From: Octopus vulgaris
Taxonomy: Eukaryota
NCBI GenBank assembly: GCA_951406725.2
Contig: OX597815.1
Span: 168,764,001-168,828,000, forward strand
DNA: 64,000 nucleotides
Direction: 5' to 3'
The position numbers were made by a program, and so were the translations under genes. The notes below the pieces were generated by a model that was not told the origin of the DNA, made no database searches, and saw only the letters and a program-made list of their open reading frames with translations. Within the stretch, counting starts at the first letter, position 1, and each line of letters starts with the position of its first letter. This document shows positions 1-12,994 of this stretch, one piece after another.

Positions 1-2199
1 GTTCATAGCTCAAATTAGTATATGCTTTGAATAGGACTTGATTGGTAGAGGATAGTCACATGACCGGTCTAAGAAATTTTTGTAGGTTCCTCGCTACGTC
101 TGTGTGTTAGTATCAAGTGACAATGCTTGGCATCGTAAGTTAAAGCTGACACGGTTGACTGAACATGTCTACTGACAATACCAAACAATCAATGCTCTGA
201 ATATTTTCTGTCAAGTGTTTGTAGGGAATGAACAGGTGGTTAAATTTAGAACCTTTTGTATGTTGTCTATTAATATTAATGGATATTGTCTTTTAAGTAG
301 TATTTGTTTTAGTTCCTGGAGTCTTCTATTGCGAGTTTCAGGGTTTGAGACGATTGTGCAAATTCTTCTTGATAGATTAAATGGAATATTATTTTTCGTG
401 TGTTTGGGATGGCATGAAGAGACCAGTAAGTATTGTTTAGAATCTGTTTGTAGTGAATTTCTGTTTCAATGTTTAATCTCCTTTGATGATTGGTATGTCC
501 AGAAATGGTAGTTGAGTTTTATCGTATTCCATGGTGAAGTTGACATTGTTTATGTTTCTGATTAGGTTTTTAAAATCTATAAGTTGTTCAAATGTGTGCG
601 TCCATAGGAAAACGTTTCCAGTTTTCTAGTAGATATTTGTAGAACTTCAAGCGATATTTTAATTTAGATTGTTCATATATCTGGACCGCCATGTATGCCA
701 TAACTAGATTGGCGTAAGTTGGAGCAACTTTTGTCCCCATCACAGTCCCAGATATTTGTAAATATTGTCATCGAAGTCAAAAAAGTTGTTTACGGAGTTG
801 AACTTTAATCCTCAGTGATGAAACCTTTCTCAATTCTGTCTGGAATTTCATGAGGGAATTTCTCAGGCCAGAAATTTATTGCCTCTAGCCCATAATGACG
901 TGGGATTGTGGTATAGAGTTTACCACATCAAAAGATACAATAATGGTATCATTGTTTATAGATTTTGGGAGGTTGTTTAACAGGTCCAGGTTGTCCCTTA
1001 CAGGACTTGGTACGTATTTTAAAATAGGTCTCAGGAATAGATCTAAAAAGATGCTGAGTTTGTGTTTTCCACAGTTCGGACCTGCTACGATCCGTCTTAA
1101 TTTAAAGGTCGGCGAGATATTGTATGTTTATACTACTTGAAGTTAGTTCTTTACATGCATTCTTAATAGTTTGATTCTTATGGATTTTTGGGAGGCTGTA
1201 GAAGTAACTAGTCTTGCAATCAAAATGGATTAGGTAGTCACATTCATTGTTTGTTAAACATTTTTGATGTCTGTGAATGAGTGTGTTCAGTTTAGTCATT
1301 ATCTTTGATTTTTGGCAATTGTTTACCTTTTCGTAGTAAGTCGTATCTTGTAATATAGATAGCATATCTCTTTTGTAGAGTTCAGTATCCATAACTATAG
1401 CACTTCCTTTATCTGCTTCCTTAATTGTAATGTCGTTATTGTTTTTCGGCTTATGTATAATTTCCATTCTTTTCGACTGGTATTTGGGCTTGATTCTAGG
1501 GTGTGGCAGTTCTTGTAAGGGATGGCAGATATAAAATCACAAAATTTATCTAAATCTTTATTCTTACCTTTCGTAAGCTTGTAATCGCTCTTGTTTCCTA
1601 CAATTGATTCGTCCCTGTTTTTTTTATCGGACATTTCCTCTGTTAGGCGTAGTTTTCTAAAGAACTGTGAAATATCATTCTGTATTTTATTGGAGTTAGG
1701 GTGCTGTGGCGTTGGGGTGAATTTCAGGCCTTTTGACAAAATATTAATTTCTTCTACTGAAAGAGTTTTTTGGTTAGGCTAATATCTTCTGTTTCTCATC
1801 TTTGGTTTATACCATCTACTGTCGAGAACTCTGTCGGTTGGATCTAAAAAAACGCTTTTTCAAAGTTTTCTTTTTATTACTATTAATATTTCCGAAGACA
1901 TTTTCTCTGTTAATTTGCCCTCTTTTGTATCGATTCTGTCCATTTGTTGTTCTGTATTGTGGTTGTTTCTCACTGTAATTGTTTTTTATCCGTTGTGTAT
2001 GTCTTCGTTTTTGGAGAAAGTTCAGTCCAGTGAAGGAAAAACTTCGATCCTTTTAGTTGGATTATTTTGTTGTCGAAGTAGTCTTGAACTGTCCTCATAA
2101 AATTGGTGAGTATAGTTTCGATATTTAGGTGTTTGATTAATCGGTTGTGAATAGGGTTTGTGGGTTTTAACTTCCTTCAGGAATGGGTTATCGGTAGGG
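1..2199 (-). mobile_element. Degraded Penelope-like element (PLE), reverse transcriptase region
   Basis: Frameshifted minus-strand peptides with PLE RT motifs: SKGLKFTPTP (ORF 1395-1739), DITIKEADKGSAIVMD and FYSLPKIHK (ORF 1102-1467), GTVMGTKVAPTYANL (about 705-750), SCHPKHTKNNIPFNLSRRICTIV (about 350-420). Runs off the left edge. Confidence 0.85.
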
Positions 2200-2201
2200 T
2201 A

Positions 2202-3480
2202 CTGTATAAGCCTACACGTGTATAAACCGCACTCCCGATTTTCGGTCTCCGCCGAGGGAAAAACGTGAGGGAAACCGGAAAATAACTTATACTAACAAAA
2301 AGGAAGAAAAGCGGGATGAATACAAACTTCAATTTCATGATGATTTCATACTTAACAAACATTTCCAACTGCAATCATTGATATTCATAATTATTAATGG
2401 AAGAAGATAAAGTCCAGGTTTTAAATGCAAGAGATAATAAGAGAACGTCTTTTTATTATGTGTGTGCTTATATGATTTATTCATATTGTGATCTTTATAT
2501 TCTTTCTTAAAAATGTGTGGTCCTAAAAAGGACCGACCCTAATGGGTAGAGACTTCACTTAAGGTCTAAGAACTTTTCGTCGTCAGACGACCTGTTGAAG
2601 ACCTCGTGGGGCTGATTGTCTGCATATGACAGTTCTTCCTCGTCAAATCTGGAGTCAGAAGAGTCGGAAGCGATGGCGTTGTCTTCCCACAAAATGTCAT
2701 CTTCAGAGCCATCGAGCGCGTTGGATATGCCGCACTTCAGGAAAGCCCGCTTGAAGATATCTTCTGGAATCTCCTTCCAAACCTTCAGGATCCACTTGCA
2801 GATCGTCCCCAAGTCGACTTTCTTCGTACGCCTGGTCTTTGTCGTCTCCTTCGGTGCATTGGCCATCCAATCCTCCCAGCAGTGCTTGAGACGGTCCTTA
2901 AACGGTTTGTTGATTGCAACATCAAAAGGTTGAAGAAGGGATGTCATTCCCCCGGGGATCATTGCCACGTCGAGGTTCAGACGACGTATCTTTGTCCTGG
3001 TTTCTTCTGACTTGTGGCATCTGAATGCCTCTAGAAGCTGGAGAATCCTTCTCTGATGCAGTCCACTATTGTGCCGCCCCCACACTACTCGAAGCCAGTC
3101 CTCGATGAGTGCCTTGTCCATCCAGCCTTTCGTTTGGGCTCGAACGATGATCCCTTCTGGAAACTTGGCGTCTTTGGGTGATGTTTTCCTGTTGAAGACG
3201 ATGTACATTGACAGCTTTCCTCCGTCAACCGTGCAAGCCAGCATCACCATAAAACAGTCCTTCTCGTGACCCGTCGTGACGATTTCCACTGTCTTCTTCC
3301 CCTTCTCACCAACAGTTCTCGCCATCGGAAGATCGAATGTGAGGGGAATCTGGTCTGCGTTGCCGATGCAGATCAGAGGGTACTGATGCTGTTTACGCAG
3401 GCTGATGATAAACTGCTGGAACCTCTCAGTCTTCTCGTTGAGATCTGGCAGCTGCTGTGCAATGTGAGTGCAATACATCT
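2202..3480 (-). mobile_element. pogo/Tc2-type DNA transposon remnant, 5'-truncated
   Basis: Contains the DDE transposase ORF below. A TIR-like end TA|CTGTATAAGCCTACACGTGTATAAACCGCAC at 2200-2232 resembles Tc2-type termini. The other TIR is not seen. Confidence 0.75.
2555..3478 (-). pseudogene. pogo-family DDE_1 transposase catalytic domain; N-terminal HTH missing, catalytic motifs altered
   Basis: 307-aa ORF with GNADQIPLTFD, TTGHEKDCFMVMLACTVDGGKL, KGWMD, LLEAFRCH (normally LLDxFxxH) and IPGGMTSLLQPFDVAINKPFK, which are typical pogo/Tigger motifs. Confidence 0.85.
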
Positions 3481-3800
3481 AGTGTCTGTCTGTCTTTGTT
3501 TTTTTATTGTGTGGGCATGTAGTGGGTGTATGCATGTATGTCCGTGAATATGTATTTCATATGGGCACGTATCTGTGTGTGGGGGGGTGCGTCTGTGTGG
3601 CCGGGATGCGTCTGTGTGGCCGGGATGCATGTCTGTGTATCTCAGCGCTGTGTGTGTTGCCATGAGTCTACGTGCTTTCCCCCTGCCTTTTGGACACACT
3701 TTTCCGTATATACCAGCAATGATTTCCTCACTAGTAATGCTTTCCCTGTATATTCCAAAAATGTAATTCTTTTCCCCCAAATAAATTGCACATCATATTC

Positions 3801-3883
3801 TAGGCTCCGATGAAGCTATAAGATGTTATTCAGGCACACATCTAAGATTCCACTTCATCCATAGCAGAAACAGCTGTAAGCTA
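3801..3883 (+). ncRNA. Degenerate type-I hammerhead ribozyme in a PLE pLTR-like segment
   Basis: CCGATGA (CUGAUGA with one change) at 3807, stem II GCTAT/ATAGC, GAAA at 3867, palindromic CAGCTG, then GTA cleavage triplet. Stem I is weak. Confidence 0.5.
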
Positions 3884-4021
3884 ATGAAGTTCATAACATA
3901 ATCTTTGCTTTTCTTGTGTCAACTCTTTTTTTTATTACCGCTCTATACTCATCAAACACTTTGTTCTGAAACATTCCTATATTGAGTTCTACACTTGGTT
4001 CTTAGTCTAGCAATGCCTAAG

Positions 4022-4023
<2 letters not shown>

Positions 4024-4119
<96 letters not shown>

Positions 4120-4128
4120 TATATATAT
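4024..4128. repeat. (TA)n microsatellite
   Basis: Direct observation. Confidence 0.95.
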
Positions 4129-4132
4129 CATA

Positions 4133-4319
4133 GGCACAGGCGTGGCTTTGTGGTAAGAAGCTTACTTCCCAACCACATGGTTCTGGGTTCGGTCCCATTG
4201 CGTGACACCTTAGGCAAATGTCTTCTACAGTACCTTTGGGCCAACTAAAGCCTTGTGAGTGGACTTGGTAGGCGAAAACTGAAAGAAGCCCATCGTGTGT
4301 GTGTGTATGCATATATATA

Positions 4320-4368
<49 letters not shown>

Positions 4369-4563
4369 ATGTGTGTGTGTATCTGTGTTTGTCCACTCAC
4401 CATCGCTTGACAACTGATGCAGGTGTGCTTATGTCCTCGTAACTTAGCAGTTCGGCAAAAGAGACCAACAGAATAAGTCCTTGGGTAGATTTCTTCGACT
4501 AAAACCCTTTAAGGCGGTGCTCCAGTAAGACTGCAGTCAAATGACTGAAACAAATAAAAGAAT
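4133..4563 (+). mobile_element. SINE family A (tRNA-derived, CORE-like, internal microsatellite)
   Basis: Head GGCGTGGCT..TGGTAAG..GGTTC, CORE-like ACCTTAGGCAAATGTCTTC, (TG)n linker, tail ending GTCAAATGACTGAAAC. More than 10 homologous copies in the window. Confidence 0.85.
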
Positions 4564-4569
4564 ATATAC

Positions 4570-4712
4570 GACTTCCTTATTCTTCCCGTTTACGAAATTC
4601 ACTCACAAGACATTGGTCAGCGCGAGGCTACCATAGATGATACATGCCCTAGGTGTCCCACAGTGAGACTGAATCTTCATAATCACAAAACGAGTTTCTT
4701 AACCACACTTGC
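4570..4712 (-). mobile_element. SINE family A 5' fragment, diverged
   Basis: Reverse-complement similarity to the family A head (AAATTCACTCACAAG...CCACAGTGAGACTGAATC...AACCACAC). Confidence 0.55.
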
Positions 4713-4897
4713 GCCTATGTTATGCTTTTTTTTTCATGTTTGCTGTTTTTTATCTTCTTTTTTGTTTTGTGAAGACATAAAAGCCCTGTCTCTAATGTGC
4801 TTTTATGTTGTATATTCCACAATTAAATACCAATTGTTTGTTTGTTTGTGGAGATCATTATCCACCCAATGGTTAATGCTTATAAACATTACCTATA

Positions 4898-5510
4898 GTG
4901 GTTTCAAATTTTGGCACCAGGCCAGCAATTTCGGCGGTGTGGGTAACTCAAACACATCGAATCCAGTGCTCAACTGGTACTTATTTTATAGAGAGGATGA
5001 AAAGCAAAGTCCACCTCGGCGGAATTTGGACTCAGAAAATAAAGACGAACGAAATGTTGCTAAGAATTTTTTCCGGCGTGGTAACAATTCTTTACTACTC
5101 TAGGCACAAGATCCGATATTTTTGGAGAGGAGGCCAGTCGATTACATCGACCCCAGTACGCAACTGGTACTTAATTTATTGACCCCGAAAGGAAGAAAGG
5201 CAAAGTCGACCTCGGCGGAATTTGAACTCAGACTAACGAAATACTTCTAAGCATTTTCTCTGGCGTGCTAACGATTCTGCCAGCTCACCGCCTTTGGTTT
5301 CAAATTTTGTTGCAATATTTGTAATTTCGGGGGAGGAGATAAGTCGATTACGTCGACCCCAGTGCTCAATTGGTACTTATTTTATCGACCACGAAAGAAA
5401 GAAAGAAAGTAAAGTCGGCCACAGCGGAATTCGAACTCATAACGTAAAGACGAACGAAATGCTGCTAAGCATTTTGCCCAGCGTGCTAGCGATTCTACCA
5501 GCTCACCGTG
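4898..5510 (-). mobile_element. Three tandem copies of SINE family B (Meta-domain-like)
   Basis: Three roughly 200-bp units, each with ACTGGTACTT..TTTAT..AAAG.CAAAGTC.ACCTCGGCGGAATT.GAACTCA. Confidence 0.8.
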
Positions 5511-5972
5511 TTAGCTAACATTGTTCGTATTGACACTCCAAGAACTGCTAAAATTCAAGATCTTGTTGATGCATTTCTTAGATTGAACCATTCAAGATGT
5601 AGAGAATGAGTAAGTAGAAATATGATTTTACATTTTTCACATCCCTCTAACTCCGAAACGCGTATGCAGTTAATCATGTCCGGGTGTATTCGTTATTTTT
5701 TCTCCTTACCTGCGTGAGTTGTTGAGTATTGCTGTCTGGGAGATATCTTAAGGTAGTAAAATAGTAGTTTAACTGCTATTTCTAAATTTCGGTATGTGGT
5801 GAAGCAAATTTTGTTGAACCCTAATTATAATTTATACTCATAATTATAAGAATTTTTGTATAAGTTTACCGATAATGGTTCTTTTAACATACCGAACTAC
5901 TTGGTAAAATTATTAATTATTAATTAATTAATTAATTTTACCCATTATTATTATTAATTATATATATATATA

Positions 5973-6688
5973 TGTAGTGGATCTTGCATGCATGAAGTGG
6001 ATTTGATCCACCATAGCCAAATTTAAATTAACACAGCAATAGAACTTTTCCCACGGTGGAACAATGGTTTCTCTTTGACAGCAGTTTTACATTTTCCAGA
6101 TGCCTTTAGCTAGACCGAAACGATATCTTCACCACTTGATCCTTTCCAACCTCTTCTACTTCACCAAAAGCTAGAATAGAGATAACAAGACCACCAACTA
6201 AATCTATTGTTCTCAATGATATATCTATCCTTCTGGATAGTTATATAAGCAAGCACACCCCAAGCAAAAACCAGTTAGTCACAGTCGATGACAACGAAGT
6301 CTGGCTGACCAGCCTTGGTCAGAAGGAGAAATGAAGTTTACTGTAAGCAACTGTGAGACAACGTCCCACACCCTACAACTCCCGCTATCTATCGTTCTAT
6401 CTCTCTCTGTATTTACTACTAAACAATGAAAAGGACACAAACACAAACTTTACTTCGCATGCTTTTGGATTTATCATAACCTGCCCGTCGAGGCTAGGTG
6501 TTGTAACGTAACGGTAAATAAACATTTCCTTAAAACTTCATGCATTGTTCATCTTTCACATCCTACAATACGCAATTATAACAACAAATTTTTCTCGTTA
6601 CAACTGCTGACTCTGACATTTGATATTATTGTTTACTAATCAATTCGTTACAATTCGTAACTACACTAACTAAAACCTAATTGTTACA
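5973..6688 (+). mobile_element. Solo LTR (family 1)
   Basis: TGTA...TACA termini, AATAAA at about 6517, inserted in a (TA)n tract. Homologous end to end with the inverted copy at 25134-25953. Confidence 0.75.
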
Positions 6689-7793
6689 TATATATATATT
6701 ATATGTATATGTACCTTTGAAGTTTGTTTATTTTTTGTTCATTTTTTGCATTAAATGCTTACCAAATGCTAAAACATGCTTTGTCGTCATAATGTTGCCA
6801 TGAACGTTTTGTCGTTGTAAGATTATAGTGAAGCACAAAATGACACCTTCTAGATCCAGTTCTCTTACTGGGCAAAAATGATCAAACTTTAAACCTCTAT
6901 AATTTATTTTTAAAATTTTCTAAAACAAGTGAATAACGTTCTGAGATTCAGCGTGAAAAATTACATCAGTACACTAAATTTTAAAATTTTCGCTTAATTA
7001 TAAAATTTCAAAAAGTGAAGTCAAACAGAAAAGATCGCCAAATAGTGATGTAATACTTGCAATGTAATTGTTTCAAACATACGGTGAGAAAATAAGGAAA
7101 ATTAATAATTACTCATTTTGCCCCAGATACCAATTTTCCCCATTCCCCTATTGATAATTTCAAGTATTTGATAAAATAACGAAAAATATTGGGAAAAAAA
7201 AAAGAAGGAAGATTCGATTTAATGAAAAACACGTGACCATAAATGCAATGATTCTAAAGCCGAAAAGATGCTTTGAACTGTTGGGAGATTTAAATTTTAT
7301 AATCAAAACTAAATTCAAAAATTTAAATTTTGTAGCATATTAGACCAGTTTTCAATGCCGCACTGAAATAATGAAGTTTACAAGTGGCAATATATGTGTG
7401 TGTGTGTGCTTGAGTGCGTGTGTATGCGTGTGTGTGTATGTGTGTGTGCGTGTGCATGAGTGTGCCTCTAACTGCAAGTGGTCAATCCAAGATCATTGCT
7501 CAGTCATGCGTTCATAAAAGGAATTTAAAGAAGAGACAATAGATAATTTCTTCTTACTATCAATTTCTTTATCTAGCTTTATACATTCATACTCCCCCTC
7601 ACACACAGTAGTGTTTTGTAATTTTTCTTTTACCTATCGTTGTCCCAAAAGCAGCTTACAAATTACAGCTTACAAAAAAGCAGCTTACAATTTACAAATT
7701 GTATCTGCTTTTGCGACTGGGTAGTAGTAAACTTTTTTTAATTGAATGAATTGGTGTCACTAATGTGGAGAAATCTATGGTTATTTATCAAAA

Positions 7794-8011
7794 GGCGGCG
7801 AGCTGTTAGCACGCCGGGCGAAATGCTTTGCGGTATTTCGTCTGCCGCTACGTTCTGAGTTCAAATTCCGCCGAGGTCAACTTTGCCTTTCATCCTTTCG
7901 GGGTCGATTAAATAAGTACCAGTTACGCACTGGGGTCGATGTAATCGACTTAATCCGTGTGTCCTTGTTTGTCTCCTCAGTGTTTAGCCCCTTGTGGGTA
8001 GTAAAGAAATA
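7794..8011 (+). mobile_element. SINE family B with 15-bp TSD
   Basis: GGCGGCGAGCTG head, B box GAGTTCAAATTCC, GCCTTTCATCCTTTCGGGGTCGAT core. TSD GGTTATTTATCAAAA at 7779-7793 and 8012-8026. Confidence 0.92.
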
Positions 8012-9306
8012 GGTTATTTATCAAAAAAGAGGATCCATTACATATTTTCAAGGTATGTATGTATATTGAAAGAGAGCCTCTACATGCAAGAATTCTGGGA
8101 GGTGGGAATTTATTGAGTATAACAGGGGGCACCGATATCGAACTGGCCCAGAGCAGTTGCCCTATTCGTCCTCTATATATCCGACCATGTTAGAATAGTT
8201 GTGTGACTTATGACTCGATAATGGCAGAAGGATGTAATTGTGATATCATCTGCATGAGAAGTTTGCACAGGCAATAAACTGGTATCCACCCAGTGGTAAC
8301 TCTTGAGTTTGTCGGCCTCACACCGGGACCCCCAGACCTATACAGCCTTTTACAACAGACCCAAAAGTGCCTCCCTCATAAAAATGTCGTTCGGGGCGGA
8401 GTGCTCCCTCGCCCCACCAAGCTACATGACTATGCTCACCCCGATATGAATTTTCAGTTTCAGAGTTATTTTCCTTTATGAATGATATCATTAATACTGT
8501 TGTTGTTGCCGCTGCTGCTGTTGTTGTTGTCTGACCCCAAGACGGCTAGGAATGGACAGACCTATGATGAAAGTTATTTCAACAGTGACCACTCGTTCTT
8601 TTATATCTGAACAGAGTGCGCTCCGGATTGTATTATCCAATGGAACATTATGACAATGTTTGGTAACTGACGATTTAAAATGGTTTGCTACTGGACTCTA
8701 CAGTGTCTCAGTGAATAGAGTGGTAGTTCACATACAAAGCGATTCGTATTGTTTCTTAACGGTTGAGTATTTTGTTTATATATTTTAGTCACAAATAACG
8801 GCGATAAAACAATTTATTGATATCAACGGAAGTTAGATTATTGTGTCTAGAGTGACGTATCCTCTTTGTATGGATCGGCGGTGTAGTAATTTGTATGTAT
8901 ATTGTTTGTTAGAAAGATGATTATGTGAGTGGGTTATGTCGAGGCTGGATTTTTCTATGATTCATGTAATTTTAGCATATCGTCTTCCTTATTATCATTT
9001 GTCATTTGTAGTACATCTGTACTGAATATATAATTCTCGTGAATCTGATACGTGGCCTCCACCATGGTTTAGCCTTTCCTACTTTATCAGGATGTAATAC
9101 GAGATTTTTAAGAGCCTTGCATTAGGAGTATAACATCATTTGCATATCCTCACATCAAGCCTGATTGAGCAGATTTATAGCACCATGACCATCTCCTCTT
9201 ATGGTATATCCAAAACTACATTGTCGATATGCTCTTCCTGTTTGAAGACAGAATGGTGTGATTTGAAAGAGATCTGGCTGCTGTTTATAGTAGGTCGCGC
9301 AACCGC

Positions 9307-9773
9307 GTACAAATTCATTAATTGGCGATCTTTCGTCTCTAGTAGACCTTTCCGTCGATTTCCGTAAAAATTTTTTTTTTTTTTTACATATGGACTTGCG
9401 GGAACTTTTGAAGTAATATACATACATATACACATACACCGAGTAAAAAATTTCAGCTATCTCTTTCTTTCACACATTACTCTGTCTCTTCACACACACT
9501 AACAGAAGCACTTCACTTACACAACATACTGTCTGTCTCCCACACCCCATCAAACACACACACACGCACACACACACACACATGTACATCAATGCTTCAC
9601 ATGCACGGTAACTTCAAAAGAACTTCCCTCGTCATACAATCGCTTTCTCTTAGTCTCTTTCGCTCTCATTACTTCAAAAGTTCCCGCAAGCCCATATGTA
9701 AAAAAAAAAAATTTTTTTACGGAAATCGACGGAAAGGTCTACTAGAGACGAAAGATTGCCCATTAATTTGTAC
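9307..9773. mobile_element. MITE with about 100-bp terminal inverted repeats
   Basis: 9323-9417 is the near-perfect reverse complement of 9668-9761. Symmetry extends to GTACAAATT/AATTTGTAC, so the exact ends and TSD are ambiguous. Confidence 0.8.
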
Positions 9774-10387
9774 CGTCTTTTGTATTATTATTATGTGAAT
9801 ATCGTGTGAGACGATTAATAAACTTTGTTGGTTTTTTTTAATATTCTGTATGTATTTTTAGGCCGTGGTGTTATATTGCGGCATATCTCACCCGCATGGC
9901 TTTATCATATTTACATGGTCGACAATGGCTACCGAGGTTTTTCGTTTGTGTTTTAAATTTTGGTATGCTGATAGGTTTTGCTGTTATTGTAGTCTTCGTT
10001 TGATGTTAGATTCGGGTACTTAAACAGAAATGACACTCCAATTTGAATTAGTCTATTCATGTATGAGTGGGTTTTGTCGACGTTCTTTTTGTTTTGTGAA
10101 AAGTCGTCGTCCTCTCCGTAAATTTTCCCACGCTTAGTGTTGATCTGTATATTTCTGAATGACGACTTTCCGCTGTTCAACCAGCGGTCCAGCCGAAACC
10201 ACCACGTCGCTGCATAATATATCCAGAACAACATTATTTACTCTATCGTACCACTACTATTTATATCTCTCTGAGATATTTAGAAATGTAATATTTCTAT
10301 CTTTGTAATCAGTGGATTTAATTCACTAGAATTCTTATATGTTTACAAGGCATAGACAAGCATCTTCAGCTAGCAGGCCATGCTACT

Positions 10388-10433
10388 CCAGACTGATGAC
10401 AGGCAAGACTAAGACTCAGAAACTAGTCTCTGG
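10388..10433 (+). ncRNA. Minimal type-I hammerhead ribozyme motif
   Basis: Stem I CCAGA/TCTGG, CTGATGA at 10393, GAAA at 10419, palindromic CTAG stem III, GTC triplet. Stem II pairing is poor. Confidence 0.6.
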
Positions 10434-10435
10434 AT

Positions 10436-10591
10436 GCAGGCTTAGCTGGGTGGAGGTATTTGTCTCCCCCTTGTAAACATAAGGACACAGGAAATGTGTC
10501 AAGGCCGACAGAAAGCGTTGATGCTTCCTAGGGCTAAATAGCAGTGGTGTGATTCCCTTCATGGGACTGTCACATTAAGTTGACAGTATAC
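10436..10591 (+). repeat. Dispersed repeat adjoining the hammerhead; inverted homolog at about 42978-43130
   Basis: AAGGACACAGGAAATGTGTCAAGGCCGACAG...AAGTTGACAGTATAC matches the reverse complement of 42978-43130. Confidence 0.75.
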
Positions 10592-11000
10592 GACTACTCC
10601 ATTATTTAGTGTGTCTTTCCTCAAAGAGAAAGAAAGAAAGAAAGAAAGAAAGAAAGCAATTTGACAAACATAGAATGGTAAGTACTTGTTAGGAAGAAAT
10701 ACTGCGGCTTGATAGAATCGATTAAAACTTTACAAGGCAACGTCTCAACCCATTGATTGGAACAGGTAGAAGAACAGATAAAAAAAGTAAGATCTCTCCC
10801 CATCTGTTTTTCTTCCCTCGTTTTTTTCTCTCTCTTCATTTTTTTCTTTCCCCATTCTTTTCTGTATAAGAGCGTAGGCTCGAAACATCAGACTCTTCCA
10901 TTTTTCCTGAATGTCAAATTAATACACCTTGTTTGCTGTATTAATTTTTGTTATTTGTAGAACGTTTAATCACACATACACACACACATACATCTATATT

Positions 11001-11376
11001 CTGAGACCCTCTTTGGTCACGACACTGACGATGGGATTGCACCAAGAAAGTTACCCTCTCAGGCACAAGTTCGGGCAAGGTTGTTTATAGAAGACCAGCA
11101 GTCGCCTATGCATACCGGCCTCCCCTCTCCACGCCACCAGTGTTATCCAAGGGAAAGGCAAAGACCGATACAGCTTGGCACCTGTGACGTCGCAACACAT
11201 TTCTACAGCTGAGTAAGCTGGAGCAACGTGAAATAAAGTGTCTTGCTCAAGAACACATCACGCAGCCCGGTCCGGTATGCATGGGCGACTGCTGGTCTTC
11301 CATAAACAACCTTGCCCTGAGAGGGTAAATTTCTAGGTGCAATCCCACGGTCAGTCATTCCCGAAGGGGGTCTCAG
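11001..11376 (-). mobile_element. SINE family C-related copy with inverted duplication of its 3' end
   Basis: Core GGAGCAACGTGAAATAAAGTGTCTTGCTCAAGAACAC is the reverse complement of the core of the SINE at 41958. Arms 11001-11118 and 11272-11376 are inverted repeats. Confidence 0.7.
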
Positions 11377-11581
11377 CATATATATAAATAACTTAGAATA
11401 ACTTAGAAAAGTTTTGGCCAGGCCATGTCTAACTTATATAGCACCACCTGGCTATATATATATATATCACGTGATCACGTACCGACCAGACCATCAGATG
11501 TTGCTACACATCGCTGGTCACAATGCGTTTTGCATTGTTTTAGCCTTCGAACGACGCCACCCCGCTGACTAAGCGAGCAGG

Positions 11582-11585
<4 letters not shown>

Positions 11586-11633
<48 letters not shown>

Positions 11634-11690
11634 CATACATACATACATACATACATACATACATACATACATACATACATACATACATAC
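11586..11690. repeat. (TA)n(CATA)n compound microsatellite
   Basis: Direct observation. Confidence 0.95.
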
Positions 11691-11847
11691 TTTATTATTA
11701 AACCTGCAATAACATCACAAAAAAACGGCCAGTTTTGATATATATATATATATCGTTTTTAGAAAAACAAATCCGGAGAAGCACACTCTAAGAAGTTATA
11801 TAATTTTTAAATTGATAATTAAGAATATTTTGTTTTTATTCAGAAAT

Positions 11848-11918
<71 letters not shown>

Positions 11919-12908
11919 ACTATACCACAACAGAAAGAAAACAACTGCTTACCTAAGAAGGCAACAAACTAAAAAATGTTCTCAATTTTCAACACATAAC
12001 TTGAACCCATCACAGAAAACTTGTGCAAAATCTGTGGCCCTACCTTACTTTCGCTTCTCTTCAGTTCTCAAAAATACGGTATTTTCTGGTCAATAATTAC
12101 AATTGTAATGCAGTAAAGTTATGCTATCAGTGACAGCAACAGTCACGTTCTGACGCCAAGACTTTAATGCTGATTAAGTTTCATTTCTTATGTAATGACA
12201 GTTTTGATATTTTTATCTTGCACGGGTGGGGTTGAGGTGTATAGAAAATTTGGAGCAGAGTTAACCAAGTTTTGTAGTAGTAGTAGTAGTTCGCATAGTC
12301 GGCGGTACCGCCCTTTTTGGGTGGTGGGGTGGGAAACTTCGTTAGGGGCGTTGAAGAAAAATGAGATGATAACGGGTTGAACGGAAAAAGAGTGATTGAT
12401 AGAATGATAACTTTTATTATATTTTTCAATGATGCAACTCGGGATTAGAAAATAAATTTTTTTTTTTTTAATCAACCTGAAAAAAAGTTTCTAGTTTTCT
12501 TCCTAAAACAAGAACAAAGGACAAAAATGATAAGTAAAAAAAAAAAAAAAAAGAAGTTTACTGATGAAGCTGGTCATAATGTTTCCAAGAGAATTCCCTG
12601 GAAACACGAGACATATGGCACTGGACAAAAACAACATCAACAGCAAGACAATGACGGCAAGAACTACAGCGACAACAAAATGAAAAATACACACACACAC
12701 GGACGTGTGTGTGTGTGTGTGTACGTACCTACACACGCGCGCGCGCGCGCAGGTACATACATACGTATGTATGTATGTATGTATGTATGTATACATGTAT
12801 GTATGTATGTATAAGGATGCGATTACCTTTCTTTTAAAGCTGAATCAGACGACAGTCTCCAATACCAAATACGTTTCGGCATAAATATATGTGCGTGTAT
12901 AAATATAC

Positions 12909-12975
<67 letters not shown>

Positions 12976-12994
12976 CGCGCGCGTGTGTGTGTAT

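Noticed and set aside
5570-5675. Hammerhead-like GAAACGCGTA
   Set aside because: No CUGANGA box upstream.
7794-7875. tRNA gene (A and B boxes)
   Set aside because: It is the head of a multi-copy SINE with tail and TSD, with no complete cloverleaf. The same applies to the other SINE heads.
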